Assembly (NCBI RefSeq): GCF_018977255.1
Contig: NW_024704742.1
Coordinates: 21,082,001 to 21,146,000, forward strand
Direction: 5' to 3'
Origin: Callorhinchus milii
Taxonomy: Eukaryota
Length of the DNA stretch: 64,000 nt
The notes beneath the pieces were generated by a model. That model was not told where the DNA came from. It was given only the letters and a program-made list of their open reading frames with translations, and did no database searches. The first letter of the stretch is position 1, and every line of letters begins with the position of its first letter. Positions 1 to 11,516 of this stretch are shown in pieces. The position numbers were made by a program, and so were the translations under genes.

Positions 1-2208
1 GAAGACCTGGAGGCAGAGGGAGCCCTGGTCACAGATAGAGAGGATGTCATTTGTGACTTTCACAAGCTCAGTCTCTGTACTGTGGCAGCGCAGAAACCGG
101 ACTGGAGGGGTTCAAAGAGGGAGTGGGAGGAGAAGTTGATTGGCAACAGCACGTTCTAGGACTTTTGCGAGGAATGGCAGGTTAGAAATGGGGCCGTAGT
201 GGCTGGGGTTTGAGGGATCTAGGCAAGGTTTTTTGAGGAGGAGGGTGATGACAGCAGTTTTGAGGGGGCCAGGGACTGATCCAGAGGAGAGGGACTGGTT
301 GATGACATCAGCCAGTAGTGGGCAGAGGATGGGGAGCTGGGTGACCAGCAATTTGGTGGGGAGGGGGTCGAGGCAGCAGGTGGTGGGTTTCATGGAGGTG
401 ATGGTGGGTGAGAGGGAGGAGGGAGAGATGGGGAGGAAGGAATGTAGGATGAGGGTGGTGGTAGGAGCAGATGATGGGGAGGGTGAGGGGGACAGAGAGG
501 GCATGGTAGTGGGTGACAAAAGGCAGATGGATGAGGCGGCCTGGCAGATGTTGTGAATTTTAGATGAAAAGAAGTCCATGACCTCATCGCACTTGGCCTT
601 TGATATGAAGATTGAGGAGGCCTAAGGGGGGCATGGAGGAGGTAGTGGGGGTGGAAAAAAGGATTTTAGGGTTGTGTTTGGCCTCCAAAATGATGTTGGA
701 GAAGAAGGCCGTTTTCGCGTGTGTCAAAGAATGGCGGTAGCTGTGGAGATGCTCGTGCCAGAGTTGGTGATGAACTGTCAGGCCAGTTTTCCCGCCATCT
801 GCGCTCGAGCAGCCGGGTTTGGGTTTTTAGGCGGCAGAGATGGTTGTTGTACCAGGGGGGTAGGGTGGGTTTGGAGATGGTCCTGGATATCAGGGGGACG
901 AGGGAGTTTAAGGTGGAGGAGAGGAGATCATAGAGTAGCTGGACAGCTGCTTCAGGACCTCCGTGGGTGGAAGGCCAGAGGGATAGGATGTTTGATGATG
1001 CGAGTGCCTTTGTGAGGGACTCAGGGGGGCAGCCTTTTCCAAGGGCGGTAGAGGATGGTTGAGGGCTTGGTGGAGGAGAGAGGGATGTGAGAGGAGAAGG
1101 TGATGAGGAAGTGGTCCGAGATGGCCTTGTCCACTATGCTGAGGTCGGAAATGTCAAGGTCGTGGGTGTTAACAAGGTCAAGGGCATGACCACGGTTGTG
1201 GGTAGGTGAATTTATATGAAGGGTGAGGTTTAGGGAGGAGAGGAGGGCAGTGAAGTCGGCAGAAGTAGTGCAAGGGGAGTTTAGGTGGAGGTTGAAATCA
1301 CCCATTATGAGCAGGCGCTTGGAGCAGAGGGACAGGGAAGAGAGGAGAGTAGAGATGTCTATGTGAAAGGAGCCGGGGGGTGGTAGACAAGGAAGATTTT
1401 CAATGGGAGAGAGGGGTGAAAGAGCGAGAGGTGCTCAAAGGAAGGGAAGCAGCCAGAGGAGTAGGGAGTAAGACCAAGGGAGGCTTTGGAAATGAAGGCC
1501 ACCCCACCGCCACGCTGGTTTGGACAGGGGGTGTGGTGGAAGGTGTAGCCTGGAGGGGAGGCTTCCACTAGGAGGATGGGGTCATTGGGAGAGAGACAGG
1601 TTTCAGTGAGCCCAAGAATGTCAAGGTGCCCGTCCAGGTCGTGGATAGTGAGGGCTTTATTTGAGAGGGAACAGACATTTTGGAGGGAAATGCAGGTGAA
1701 GGGAATGGAGGGAAGAGAGGGAGGAGAGAATGATGCAGAGAGGATTTTTGGGTGTACAGGAGAGATGGTTGTGGAGAGTGGTGGGAGTGAGAGTTGGGGA
1801 GGGTACGTTTGAGGGAGGGGGAAATTGGGTTTGCCTTAAGGAGGCGGTTTGTGCGGAGGGAGTGAATGATGGGACACTTGGGTTCGCTGCTCTGGGATAG
1901 CCAGTGCCGGTAGTCACGATGGGCTCGGCAGAGGATGCCCAGGCTGGAGCAGAGGGAAGTAGTGATGGGGCCGAGGAGAGAGAGAGAAGGCGGGGAGGGC
2001 AGTGGGAGAGAAGGACAGAGGGGGAATAGGGCAATAGAGGTGGGTGGGGGGAGAGACATTTAGAGTGGAGGGGCATGGGGAGGCTCATGTCGAGGCGGCA
2101 GCCAAAACGCGCACGCAGAGACCGGGAGCGAGCGATCAGTGGGACGGCATCAGCCCGTAGGCTGTGTGGTCACGGCTGGGATAGCAGTGCCAGGGGATGC
2201 CAGGCCAT
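1..2208 (-). pseudogene. Disrupted L2 ORF2 (APE endonuclease-reverse transcriptase), N-terminal part
   Basis: Collinear fragments in different frames (1568-2059, 1359-1568, 1021-1305, 112-579); candidate ATG at 2208 after a (CAA)n run. Confidence 0.85.
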
Positions 2209-2415
2209 TGTTGTTGTTGTTGTTATTGTTTTTTTAACTGTGAAGTTACGCTGACGTCACTTTGTGAATCGTGCCTCCTCCCCTCACCCCCCGCGCTCTC
2301 CCGACTCTGCTCCCGTCTAAGTGGCTCCTCACCTGGCTATGCTTTATACACACAGCTAGGCCTCGGCTCCGCCCCACACGCTCCTGACTCTGCTCCCGTC
2401 TCTGCGGAGTCAGGA
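2209..2415 (-). promoter_or_regulatory. Candidate L2 5' UTR / internal promoter
   Basis: CpG-rich; GC box (2366-2375, GGGGCGGAGC on minus), TATAAAG (2342-2348), CRE TGACGTCA (2252-2259); 18-bp direct repeat at 2301-2318 and 2384-2401. Confidence 0.5.
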
Positions 2416-3530
2416 CATTTTTACCATAACACTGTAATTATTACCTTTATCACAAGGGGATTTGTTTCCTTAACCTGTAGCCCAAAACCATAGTACAAAA
2501 CTATGAAATTACTACTTTTTGTATTGTTGATATGAATCATTACCTTATCCTTGATTCACATATTTTAGTTAAAATTATATTCACGGAGAGCTGCGCTGGT
2601 GCTTTATGATTGATGATGCCCAGATTCAACCTCCCACTGATAGATTATTTGTTACTGATAGAGGTTGTCAGTAAAATAAATGTCATTATGTCAGGATGGG
2701 AGCTGATGTACAGAGACCATGTGAGGATGATGCATTAAGCAAGCTGTCCATATACTGTATAATAAATAAAAGGAGACAAAGTAGTAAAACTGGAGTTAGT
2801 AGAAACCATTAAATTACGCTCTTTGTAGAACCACAGGATATTGTTTCAAAATACCAATAGTGAGGCTTATTTGTGATATTTCTTTATGGAATTCACACAA
2901 ACGAAGACTCCTTCTGAGAACCACAAAGTTACCACTTGACTTGTGGGAATTCTGCTCTGATGCAATCTGTTTCCAGTTGATATAAAAAAAAATACAATTT
3001 AGACACTGCTGGCAATGCACAATAAATCTCTCGTAATCCAACAGATGTGTTTTTGCCCCTATAAAATCGCAACTTTTCAAACCTCTTGGGAGTTTTGGTG
3101 ATGCATTGCACAAATGCAATGAGCTGACAGAAATGAGCATTAACTATTCAGGAAGCACTGAGATTTTGTACAAATGAGATTTGAACATGGTTGTGGCATC
3201 CTATTTATTAGAAAAAAACAAAAAGGTGGGATGCAAAATCTTGATAAGAGCTGTTGCTTTTGATCCCATTAGTGGGCCTATCAAATGGTGTCACTGCCAG
3301 ATGCAAATATAATTTAAGAGTTACAAAGGCAACAGGAAATAGAGATAATTGGGTTCAAAATTATTTTTATTTCTTATTGCCTTTGTATCTCTTGAATACA
3401 TTTTCTTCTCTTTTCAGATTGTGCCATGGAATATTTAAACAGGAAATGCAAGGAATTAGGATTTCCTCTTTTTGGCAGGTTTAAAGATAAAATACTAGCC
3501 CCAAATGGTCACCATTTGGTATGTGGTTGC

Positions 3531-3925
3531 CAGCCTGGCTTGACTGTTAGCATTCTCGACTCTTCAGTCAGAAGATTGTGAATTCAAGCTCCATGTCGGG
3601 ACTAAGTTGACACTCCAGTGCAGTGCTGGAGTATGTTAGAGGTGCTGTCCTGCGGATGATATATTAACCCAAGGCCTCAACTGTGTGCTCAGTGGACGTT
3701 AACGATCCCATGGCACGATTTCAAAAGATAAGGAGTTCCTCCAGGTGTCGTGACCAACAATCTCCCAAATAAATTTTGCTGTGCGCAAATTGGCAACCAT
3801 GTTCATCCACAAAAACACATAGCCACTGCACTTTACAGTATATCTTGTGAAGTGCTTTTGAGAAATCTTCCTGATGAGAAAGGTGCTATACTAAAGGTAA
3901 GGATTGTTACTATTATTAATATTAT
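3531..3925 (+). mobile_element. Deu-domain-like tRNA-derived SINE (SacSINE1/AmnSINE1-related), diverged
   Basis: A/B-box head, central ...gtggacgttaacgatcccatggcac..., tail ...aaatcttcctgatgagaaaggtgctat...; similar to the 10188 copy. Confidence 0.8.
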
Positions 3926-4083
3926 ACTGTAGAGGTTACTTCTATCCTAGTTTACTTACTCACCAAGAAGTGGCTTTGTTTGGTGAAACACTTTTCATTT
4001 AACTTGACTAATATTTTACTTTGATTAAAAATTCCAAGCTCTGACATTCCACTGAGTAAGGCTATCCTGCTGTTAAATGTAAG

Positions 4084-4857
4084 ACAATACAATACAAAAT
4101 AGGTCCCAAGGCGCTGAACAGTCAGAAATTAGGAGCCGAGCGGGCGGGTGGGGGTTGTTGGGATCACAGAAGCTGGAGGGCAGAGGCGGTAGAAAGGTGG
4201 CCAAAGTCACGGTTGTAGAGGAGGACCTTGAGGTGTGTCTTGAAGGAGGCAAGGTAGGGAGTGAGGCAAAGGGAATATAGGATGGAGTTCCAAAGGATGG
4301 GGGCAGAGAGGCTGACTACCTGACCACGGGTGGTGGGGTGGGCTGGGCAAGGGATTTGGAGCAGGCTAGAGCTTGCTGAGCGGAAAAAGCAGACAGAATG
4401 ATATGGGGTTAGCAGGTCACAGATCAAGGCCGTGGAGCGTATAAAAATGACCAAAGGCCTAGAATTCCTCTCTTCACTAATATTAGTGCACAAAATAGAT
4501 GTGCACAATTCATGAATGGGAGATCAGGCAAACGGTTTGATCAGGCAAACATATAAATTGTTCAGAGTAACGCTTGTAAATCCTAACCCTCAAAAAATGA
4601 GGAACAAATCTTAATGAAGACAAGAACGATCCTGGATAGAATCGTGCCGAATAGGCTGCTCATTGTGAAATGAATATCTCACCAAGTTCAGACTTGGAGT
4701 CTGTCAGTGAGCAGTGGCGGTACTAAATCATGATGGACATGAGAGAAATGAAGAGTGTGCCACCTGTGTGGAGTGGCATTGGTGAATACTCTAAGATAAG
4801 GAAATGGGTGAGTGGTACGTGTTTTCCATATATGTGTACAAGACAATATCCTGAAAA
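4084..4857 (-). mobile_element. Composite element copy 1: ~400-bp non-L2 module (4454-4857) fused to an L2 3' end (4084-4453)
   Basis: Reverse-complement match to 24909-25686, with the same junction and the same (TTGTA)n tail. Confidence 0.85.
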
Positions 4858-5200
4858 AGGGAATGTGGGATGGAGTTCCAGACAGTGGGGGCAGAGAGGC
4901 TGAAGGCTTGACCGCCGATGGGGGGTGGGCCGGGTGGGGGACATAGAGCAGGCCGGAGAGTGCTGAGCGAAGAGAGCGTACAGATTGACAAGGGACTAGC
5001 AGGTTGGAGAGGTAGGAGGGGGCAAGGCCATGGAGGGCTTGAAGCTGAGAACGACAATTTTGAACTCGATCCTCTGAGGGATGGAGATCCACTGGAGCCG
5101 GGCGAGGGTGGGAGTGATGGGGTCACGGAGCATGATGTGGGAGAGGACATGAACTGCAGAGTTCTGGATGATCTGCAGATTGTAGAGGAAAGAGTTGGGA
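4858..5200 (-). mobile_element. L2 fragment (ORF2 C-terminal region)
   Basis: LHGLAPSYLSNLLVP...RSLRS-like translation; matches other L2 copies in the window. Confidence 0.85.
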
Positions 5201-5670
5201 AGAGTATAGAATTGTGGGAATAATTCTTAAAACACAACCTATATCTGGAAACTGGTTCTTTTCATGTCCTGTAAAAAAAAAGATCATAAGACCATAAGAC
5301 CATAAGACATAGGAGCAGGAGCAGGCCATTCGGCCCCTTGAGCCTGCCCCGCCATTTAGTAAGATCATGGCTGATCTTCTAACCTAATTTCATTTACCCG
5401 CCTTATCACCATATCCCTTAATCGCTCTATCCTTTAGAAATCTATCAAACTCAGTCTTGAATATGTTCAAGAACTGAGCATCCACAGCCTTCTGGAGTAG
5501 AGAATTCCACAAATTCACTACCCTCTGAGTGAAGAAATGTTTCCTCAACTCAGTTCAAAAAGGCTGACCCTTAATCTTGAGACTATGACCCCAAGTTTTA
5601 GATTCTCCAACCAGGGGAAACAGTCTCACAGCATCTACTCTGTCAAGACCCTTAAGAATCTTAAGAATGT

Positions 5671-5990
5671 GGAGTCCTGTAGCTCAGTGGTTAGAGCACT
5701 CGCCTTGCAAGCGAGACACCTGGGTTCAATTCCAGAGAGGGCGAAACTTTGGGCAAGTTTCCTTACTCCACACGCCTAATAATAATTGCTCCAAAATAAA
5801 ATAATGAACTGGTCATTTTCAATCCACGACTGTTTGTAGGACACTGCTGCGCGCAATTGGCTGCCGCGTTTCGCCCACAAATATACAGTCAATTCACTTT
5901 ACTGTATATTCTGTGAAGCGCTTTGAGACGTCTAGAAGACATGAAAAGCGCTATATCAAATGCAAGGATTATTATTATTATTATTATTAT
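5671..5990 (+). mobile_element. tRNA-Ala-like SINE (short subfamily) inserted in CR1
   Basis: GGAGTCCTGTAGCTCAGTGGTTAGAGC head, TTGGGCAAGTTTCC block, L2-like tail, (TTA)n end. Confidence 0.93.
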
Positions 5991-6001
5991 CTTATAGGTT
6001 T

Positions 6002-7453
6002 CTATAAGATCCCAGGAACCAACCTACTGAATCTACGCTGTATCCCCTCTAAGGCAAGTATGTACTTTCTTAAATAAGGAGACCAAAACTGCACACAATA
6101 TTCTAGGTGCGGTCTCACCAAGGCCTTATACAACTGGAGCAAGACTTCCCTTCTCTTGTACTCTAACCCTTTTGCAACAAACGCCAACATGGCATTAACC
6201 TTCCTAGTTGCTTGCTGTACCTGCATACGAAACATTTTGAGACTGGTGTACAAGGACACGCAAATCCCTCTGAACACTAACACTACCCAGTCTCTCCCCT
6301 TCCAGAAAATAATCTGCTTTTCTATTTTTACTACCTAGGTGAATAACTTCACACTTCCCCATGTTATACTCAATCTACAACCTTCTTGCCCACTCACCTG
6401 TCTAATTCCCTTTGCATTCTTCATGTGTCATCCTCACAGTTTACTCTCCCACCTATCTTCGTATCATCCGCGAATTTAGATATATTAAGCTCTATTTCCT
6501 CATCTAAATCATTGATGTGGCTCTAAATAATTGAGGCCCAAGCACTGATCCTTGGGGCACTCCACTAGTCACATCCTGCCAATCTGAGAAGGACCCATTT
6601 ATCCTTACACTCTGTTTTCTTCCTGTTAGCCACTCTTCAATCCATGCTAATATATTACCTTTAATTCCGTGGGCTCTAATCTTATGCAACAGCCTTCTAT
6701 GTGGCACCTTGTCGAATGCCTTCTGGAAATCCAAATACACCACATTTACTGGTTGCCCCCTATCTAACCTGCTAGTTACACCCTCAAAAAACCCTATAAG
6801 ATTTGTTAAACATGATTTCCCTTTCATAAAGCCACGTTGACTCAGCCTAAACATGTTATGATTTTCCAAGTGCCCCACGTCGACGTCCCTAATTAAGACT
6901 CTAGAATTTTCCCTACCACCGATGTCAGACTAACTGGTCTATAGTTCCCCATTTTTTGTCTCCCACCCTTCTTAAATATTGGTGATATGTTTGCCACCTT
7001 CCAATCAATGGGAACCCATTCCAGAATCCAGGGAATTTGGAAGATCAAAAACAGAGCATCCACTGCAGCCACCTCTTTTAAAACCCGAGGATGCAGACCA
7101 TTAGGTCCAGGGGATTTATCGTTTTTTAACCCTATCAATTTTTCTAGTATTATTGCTTTACTGATGTTCATTTCTTTAAGTTCCTCACTAACATTAGCCT
7201 CCTGGTTCCCCTCTATTTTCGGTATGTTTTCAGTGTCCTCTAACCGGAAGACAGAAGCAAAATACTTGTTTAATGACTCTGCCATTTCTTTATTGCCCAT
7301 TATAATTTCTCCTGTCTCTGCATGCAATGGATCTACACTCACTTTTGATAGTCTCTTCCTCTTTATGTGGTTGTAAAAGTTCTTACAATCTGTCTTTATG
7401 TTCCTAGCTCGTTTACTCTCATATTCCATATTCATCTCCCTCTTAATCAGCAT
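6002..7453 (-). pseudogene. Frameshifted CR1 ORF2 reverse transcriptase fragments
   Basis: ORFs 6893-7453, 6504-6878 and 6002-6283 are collinear RT segments. Confidence 0.9.
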
Positions 7454-7653
7454 CTTGTTTTCCTTTGCTGATCTCTAAAGCCCTCCCAATCCTCAGGTTT
7501 ACTGCTTTTTTGGCAGTAATATAGGCCTCTTCTTTTAATTTTGTACTTTCCCCAACTTCTCGAGTTAGCCAAGGTTGAACCACTTTGCTTATGGGATTTT
7601 TATTTTTCAAGGAAAAGCTTCCAATTCAAGACTAAATTAAAAAATATAAGATG

Positions 7654-8334
7654 AATAATCCTTGCATTTGATATAGCGCCCTATCACATCTTCAAGACGT
7701 CTCAAAGCGCTTCACAAAATATACAGTAAAGTGAATTTACTGTATATTTTGTGGGTGAAATGCGGCAGCCAATTGCGCACAGCAGTGTCCCACAAATAGT
7801 CATGGATTGAGTGAACAATTTTTATTTTTTATTGAAGGAATTATTACCCCTGGAAAAGCAATCTGACAATGAACTATCTAACGTGGAGTCCTGTAGCTCA
7901 GTGGTTAGAGCACTCGCTTTGCAAGCGAGAGACCTGGGTTCAATTCCAGGCAGGTCAGGGCGAAACCTTGGGCAAGTTTCCTTACTCCACACAGAGCCTA
8001 ATAATAATCCCTCCAAAACAAAACAATAATAAATTGGTCATTTTCAATCTACGACTGTTTGTGGTACATTGCTGTGTGCAATTGGCTGCCACGTTCGCTC
8101 ACAAATATACAGTCAATTCACTTTACAGTATGTTCTGTGAAGCGCTTTGGGACGTCCTCCTACGTGAAAAGCGCTATATCAAATGCAAGGATTATTATTA
8201 TTATTATTACTGCCTGGTAAACAGGCGTGTGGAGTAAAGAAACTTGCCCAACGTTTCACACTGCAGGGAATCGAACCCAGGCCAGGTCTTTCACTTGCGA
8301 GGTGAGTGCTCTAACCACTGAGCTACAGGACTCC
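7654..8334 (-). mobile_element. tRNA-Ala-like SINE (long subfamily), split by a younger opposite-strand SINE
   Basis: Head at 8210-8334 and body/tail at 7654-7882 are collinear with the 27624-28005 copy. Confidence 0.88.
7885..8209 (+). mobile_element. tRNA-Ala-like SINE (short, young subfamily)
   Basis: Full head, tail and (TTA)n; very similar to the 11106 and 56180 copies. Confidence 0.93.
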
Positions 8335-8672
8335 ACAATATTCCAAAGTGATCTTAAGACATTTTAAAAAAATGTAAGATGGAATGGTCTTAATGGCTAA
8401 GATTATATAAAACCTTGATCCTTATTTATATGTCCCTATTTCCCCTTAACCCCAAGTCTGCTAAAGAGAAGGGAGTTTATCGTGGTGTCTTGGCCAACAA
8501 CCCCAACAGGGCTGTTTGTGAGACATTGCTGTGTGCAAATTGGCTACCGCATTTGCCCACAAAATACTCAAAGCCACGTGGCTTTACGGTATCCTATATG
8601 ATCCAGTGAAGTGCTTTGAGACTTTGACAAAGTGACAAGCCACTGTATCAATTTCAAGGATTATTATTACTA
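8335..8672 (+). mobile_element. Spacer plus Deu-SINE 3' fragment, part of composite SINE copy A
   Basis: Reverse-complement match to 27302-27623. Confidence 0.8.
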
Positions 8673-9369
8673 TTAATATCATTACATTGGTTTGAATTGG
8701 AGAAACAACAAGAATCACTTGAGTTTATATAGCGACCTTCATGCAGGGCAGTGTCTTGGATGCTTACACCCATCCAGTTCATGCAATGTATAGGCACCTA
8801 TGTATTTGTACACACGCAGTGTAAAATATTTCAGCATAGTAAGTTCTTTTAGTCATACACCTAATGATCTATCACAAGACCCACTGGATTTAAATCCAAG
8901 GCAACGCTTAATAGGAAAGCTTCAAACAATTATCATATCAGCCTCAGACAGAAGCTAAATACCGTACGCAAAATTTAGTCTTCGCGGGATCATTCCCAGT
9001 GGGATTACAAGCTTCAAACACTCTCCAAAACACTATCCATCTCATGAAAAATAAATATGACAAAGCTAACGTAGGAAATCAAATTGAAGAAATATTTGCC
9101 AAACCTTTATTGGTCTATTTGGAAAAAACACAGTGCAGTGTTGCAAACTGCATTGAAACATGTGCTGGTTCAACAAATGTCAATCATTCGGTGTTACTTA
9201 TGTCACACGCTTTTTCTCCCTTTCTGGAAACTGCTCCCTTTCAGGAAAAACATGTTCAACAATCAGCTTTAAAACACAACAGAGAAGCAAGGCATTGATT
9301 TTTCAAGTTGCGACCTCCTTTCCTCCTATTAACTTAACCCCTCCCTTCACTCAAGGAGCACCAGCCTGC

Positions 9370-9625
9370 TTCATATCCCCCACTATATTTGGCCCACCAT
9401 CAGCAGGCAGGCTTCCAGGCATTCTGTCTCCGCCATCTGGAATTCCATCTCATTGTTGCTTCAACATACTTGTTCCCCTCTTTTAAGACCTATTTGACTA
9501 TGCTTTTGGTCATCTTTCCTCTCCTCACCCTTTCAGCTCCAACCCCCAGCTCAAGTACCCATCTTGCACTGTGCATACATTTTGGGATGTCGATGTGAAA
9601 GGTGCTGTATAAATGTAAAGTGTAT
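9370..9625 (+). mobile_element. Old L2 3' fragment
   Basis: ...ccatctggaattccatc... and tail ...tttgggatgtcgatgtgaaaggtgctgtataaatgt. Confidence 0.65.
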
Positions 9626-9904
9626 CGGATCAACTCTTCCAGTTTAAGTAAATCTATAATCGTTACAAATGTCTAAACAGTTTTCTTAGTCACACAATTG
9701 CATATTGGCAAAAATAGCTGTTTGTATTACTGCAGAAAATTTGACTGTAAATATTCTGGTGTAAATGTTTCCTACTAGCTAGTTTAGTAGGATTTCCAGA
9801 GCCATTTATTGATGAGTAGTGGGCTGCCAATTTTGGTCTATTTCCTAGTCTGTATGTTAAGCAACTAGGAAGATACAATACATTCAAATTGCCTCCCACA
9901 CAGT

Positions 9905-10160
9905 TATAATAATAATCCTTACTTTTAATATCACGTTTCATGTCCGCAGGTTGCTTCACAGGATTGACTGTAAAATGTAGTGACTGAATTTTTTAGTAAA
10001 GTAGCAGTCAATTTGCACACAGCTATGTCCCTCAAGCATCCGTGAAGTGAATGACCAATTTTATCTGGGAGCAGCAGAGAAGCAGTTTCCTTCTCTTTTC
10101 AAATCTTGCCATGAGATATTTAATGCCCACCTGAATAGGAAGACATTCTTTGGAACATTT
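9905..10160 (-). mobile_element. Deu-like SINE 3' fragment
   Basis: Reverse complement of the Deu-SINE body and tail. Confidence 0.65.
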
Positions 10161-10187
10161 TGCTTCCCTCTATGACTTGGTATGGCT

Positions 10188-10625
10188 GCTTCAGCCTGGT
10201 CCAGTGGCAGCACTCTCGCCTCTGAGTCAGAAGGTTGTGGGTACAAGCCTCATATCAGGACTTGGAATCACATAGTCTAAAATAACATTCGAATGCAGTG
10301 CTGGGGGGTGTTGCACATCGTCGGCGTTGCCGTCCTTCAGATGAGATGTTAAACTGAGGTCCCACCTGCTTGTTGAGGTGGACATTAAAGATCCATTGGT
10401 ACTGTTCGAAAAGAGAAGGGAGTTTCTCCCGGTATCCTGGCCAACTAGTCCCCCAAATGAAATTGGTCAGTCACTCCATGAATGTTTGTGGGACATTGCT
10501 GTGTGCAACTGGCTGCTGCGTTTCACCCACAAAATGCACAGTCAATCCACTTCACAGTATATCCTATGAAGCGCTTTGAGACATCTTCATGATGTGATAT
10601 TAAATGCAAGAATTATTATTAATAC
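10188..10625 (+). mobile_element. Deu-domain-like tRNA-derived SINE, near full length
   Basis: Head ...gcactctcgcctctgagtcagaaggttgtggg..., core ...gccgtccttcagatgagatgttaaactgagg...gtggacattaaagatcc..., shared L2-like tail. Confidence 0.85.
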
Positions 10626-11105
10626 TAGTAGTACCATTCAACCTCTACCTTTCCCCTTCAGAATAATCCTGGAATGTTCCAAAAGACTTTTCAGCAGAAC
10701 ATGAAAGATGAAACCTCTAGCTGCACACTTTACAGAGTTAAACATTAATACCATTTGGACAATTGTAGATTAATTTGGTTGAACAACTTAAATGCCTGAA
10801 TATAAACAAAACACAAAATACGCTCCTGTGCTGTTCCAATGAGTACAGCGCAAGCTCGAGGAACAGCACCTCATTTATCTGCTAGGGACCTTATAGCCCT
10901 CTGGTCTCAATATCGAGTTCAACAATTTCAGACCATAATAGCTCACCTTTCCCCTCCGCCTCTTCTGTGACCATTACCCCATCATCTGGGTCTCAGACAC
11001 ACCTTTTCTCTCCCTGATCTGCCTGTTTTGTTGCAACTTTCTTTTTTCACCCACCCTTTTGTTCTGCATCATTACCACCTCTTTGACCCATCATCAAACC
11101 CATCA

Positions 11106-11420
11106 GGAGTCCTGTAGCTCAGTGGTTAGAGCACTCGCCTTTGCAAGCGAGACACCCGGGTTCAATTCCAGACAGGGCGAAACCTTGGGCAAGTTTCCTT
11201 GCTCCACACAGAGCCTAATAATAATCCCTCCAAAACAAAACAATAATAAATTGGTCATTTTCAATCCATGACTGTTTGTGGGACACTGTTGTGCGCAATT
11301 GGCTGCCGCGTTCCGCCCACAGTCAATTCACTTTACAGTATATTCTGTGAAGCGCTTTGAGACGTTGAGAAGTCGTGAAAAGCACTATATCAAATGCAAG
11401 GATTATTATTATTATTATTA
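11106..11420 (+). mobile_element. tRNA-Ala-like SINE inserted in the Penelope-like element
   Basis: Full head, tail and (TTA)n. Confidence 0.92.
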
Positions 11421-11516
11421 TCCCCTGTCCTCTACCCCATTTTCTCCTTTGTTTTCTTTGCCCTACCTCCCTCCTCTCTGTTAGGCCTTAAAAACCTTTC
11501 CCTCCCAACATGCCCC

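Larger units (their letters stand above)
1..2415 (-). mobile_element. L2-clade LINE, 5' half including 5' UTR, APE endonuclease and start of RT; frameshifted; continues off the window edge
   Basis: Minus-strand ORF pieces: EASPPGYTFHHTPCPNQRGGGVAFI, MGDFNLH...SPTHNRGHALDLV...SDHFLI (APE motifs), and INQSLSSGSVPGPLKTAVITLLLKKP...ISNLPFLAKVLER (pre-RT region). Confidence 0.93.
5286..7610 (-). mobile_element. CR1 LINE, 5'-truncated, with 3' UTR and (TCTTATGG)n tail; interrupted by a SINE at 5671-5990
   Basis: KSPGPNGLHPRVLKE, GNYRPVSLTSVVGKILES, GFMKGKSCLTNL, VYLDFQKAFDKVPH, SGVPQGSVLGP, LYKALVRPHLEYCVQFWSP; cataagac repeats at 5286-5310. Confidence 0.95.

Noticed and set aside
2814..3140. 108-aa minus-strand ORF and nearby small AG/GT segments
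   Set aside because: No recognisable domain or consistent exon chain.
5671..5745. tRNA-Ala(TGC/CGC)-like sequences (about ten copies in the window)
   Set aside because: Each runs straight into a SINE body, and the copies are mutually diverged; they are SINE heads, not tRNA genes.
7869..8237. ORFs ending in KCKDYYYY, repeated through the window
   Set aside because: Translations of the SINE tail and (TTA)n; not proteins.
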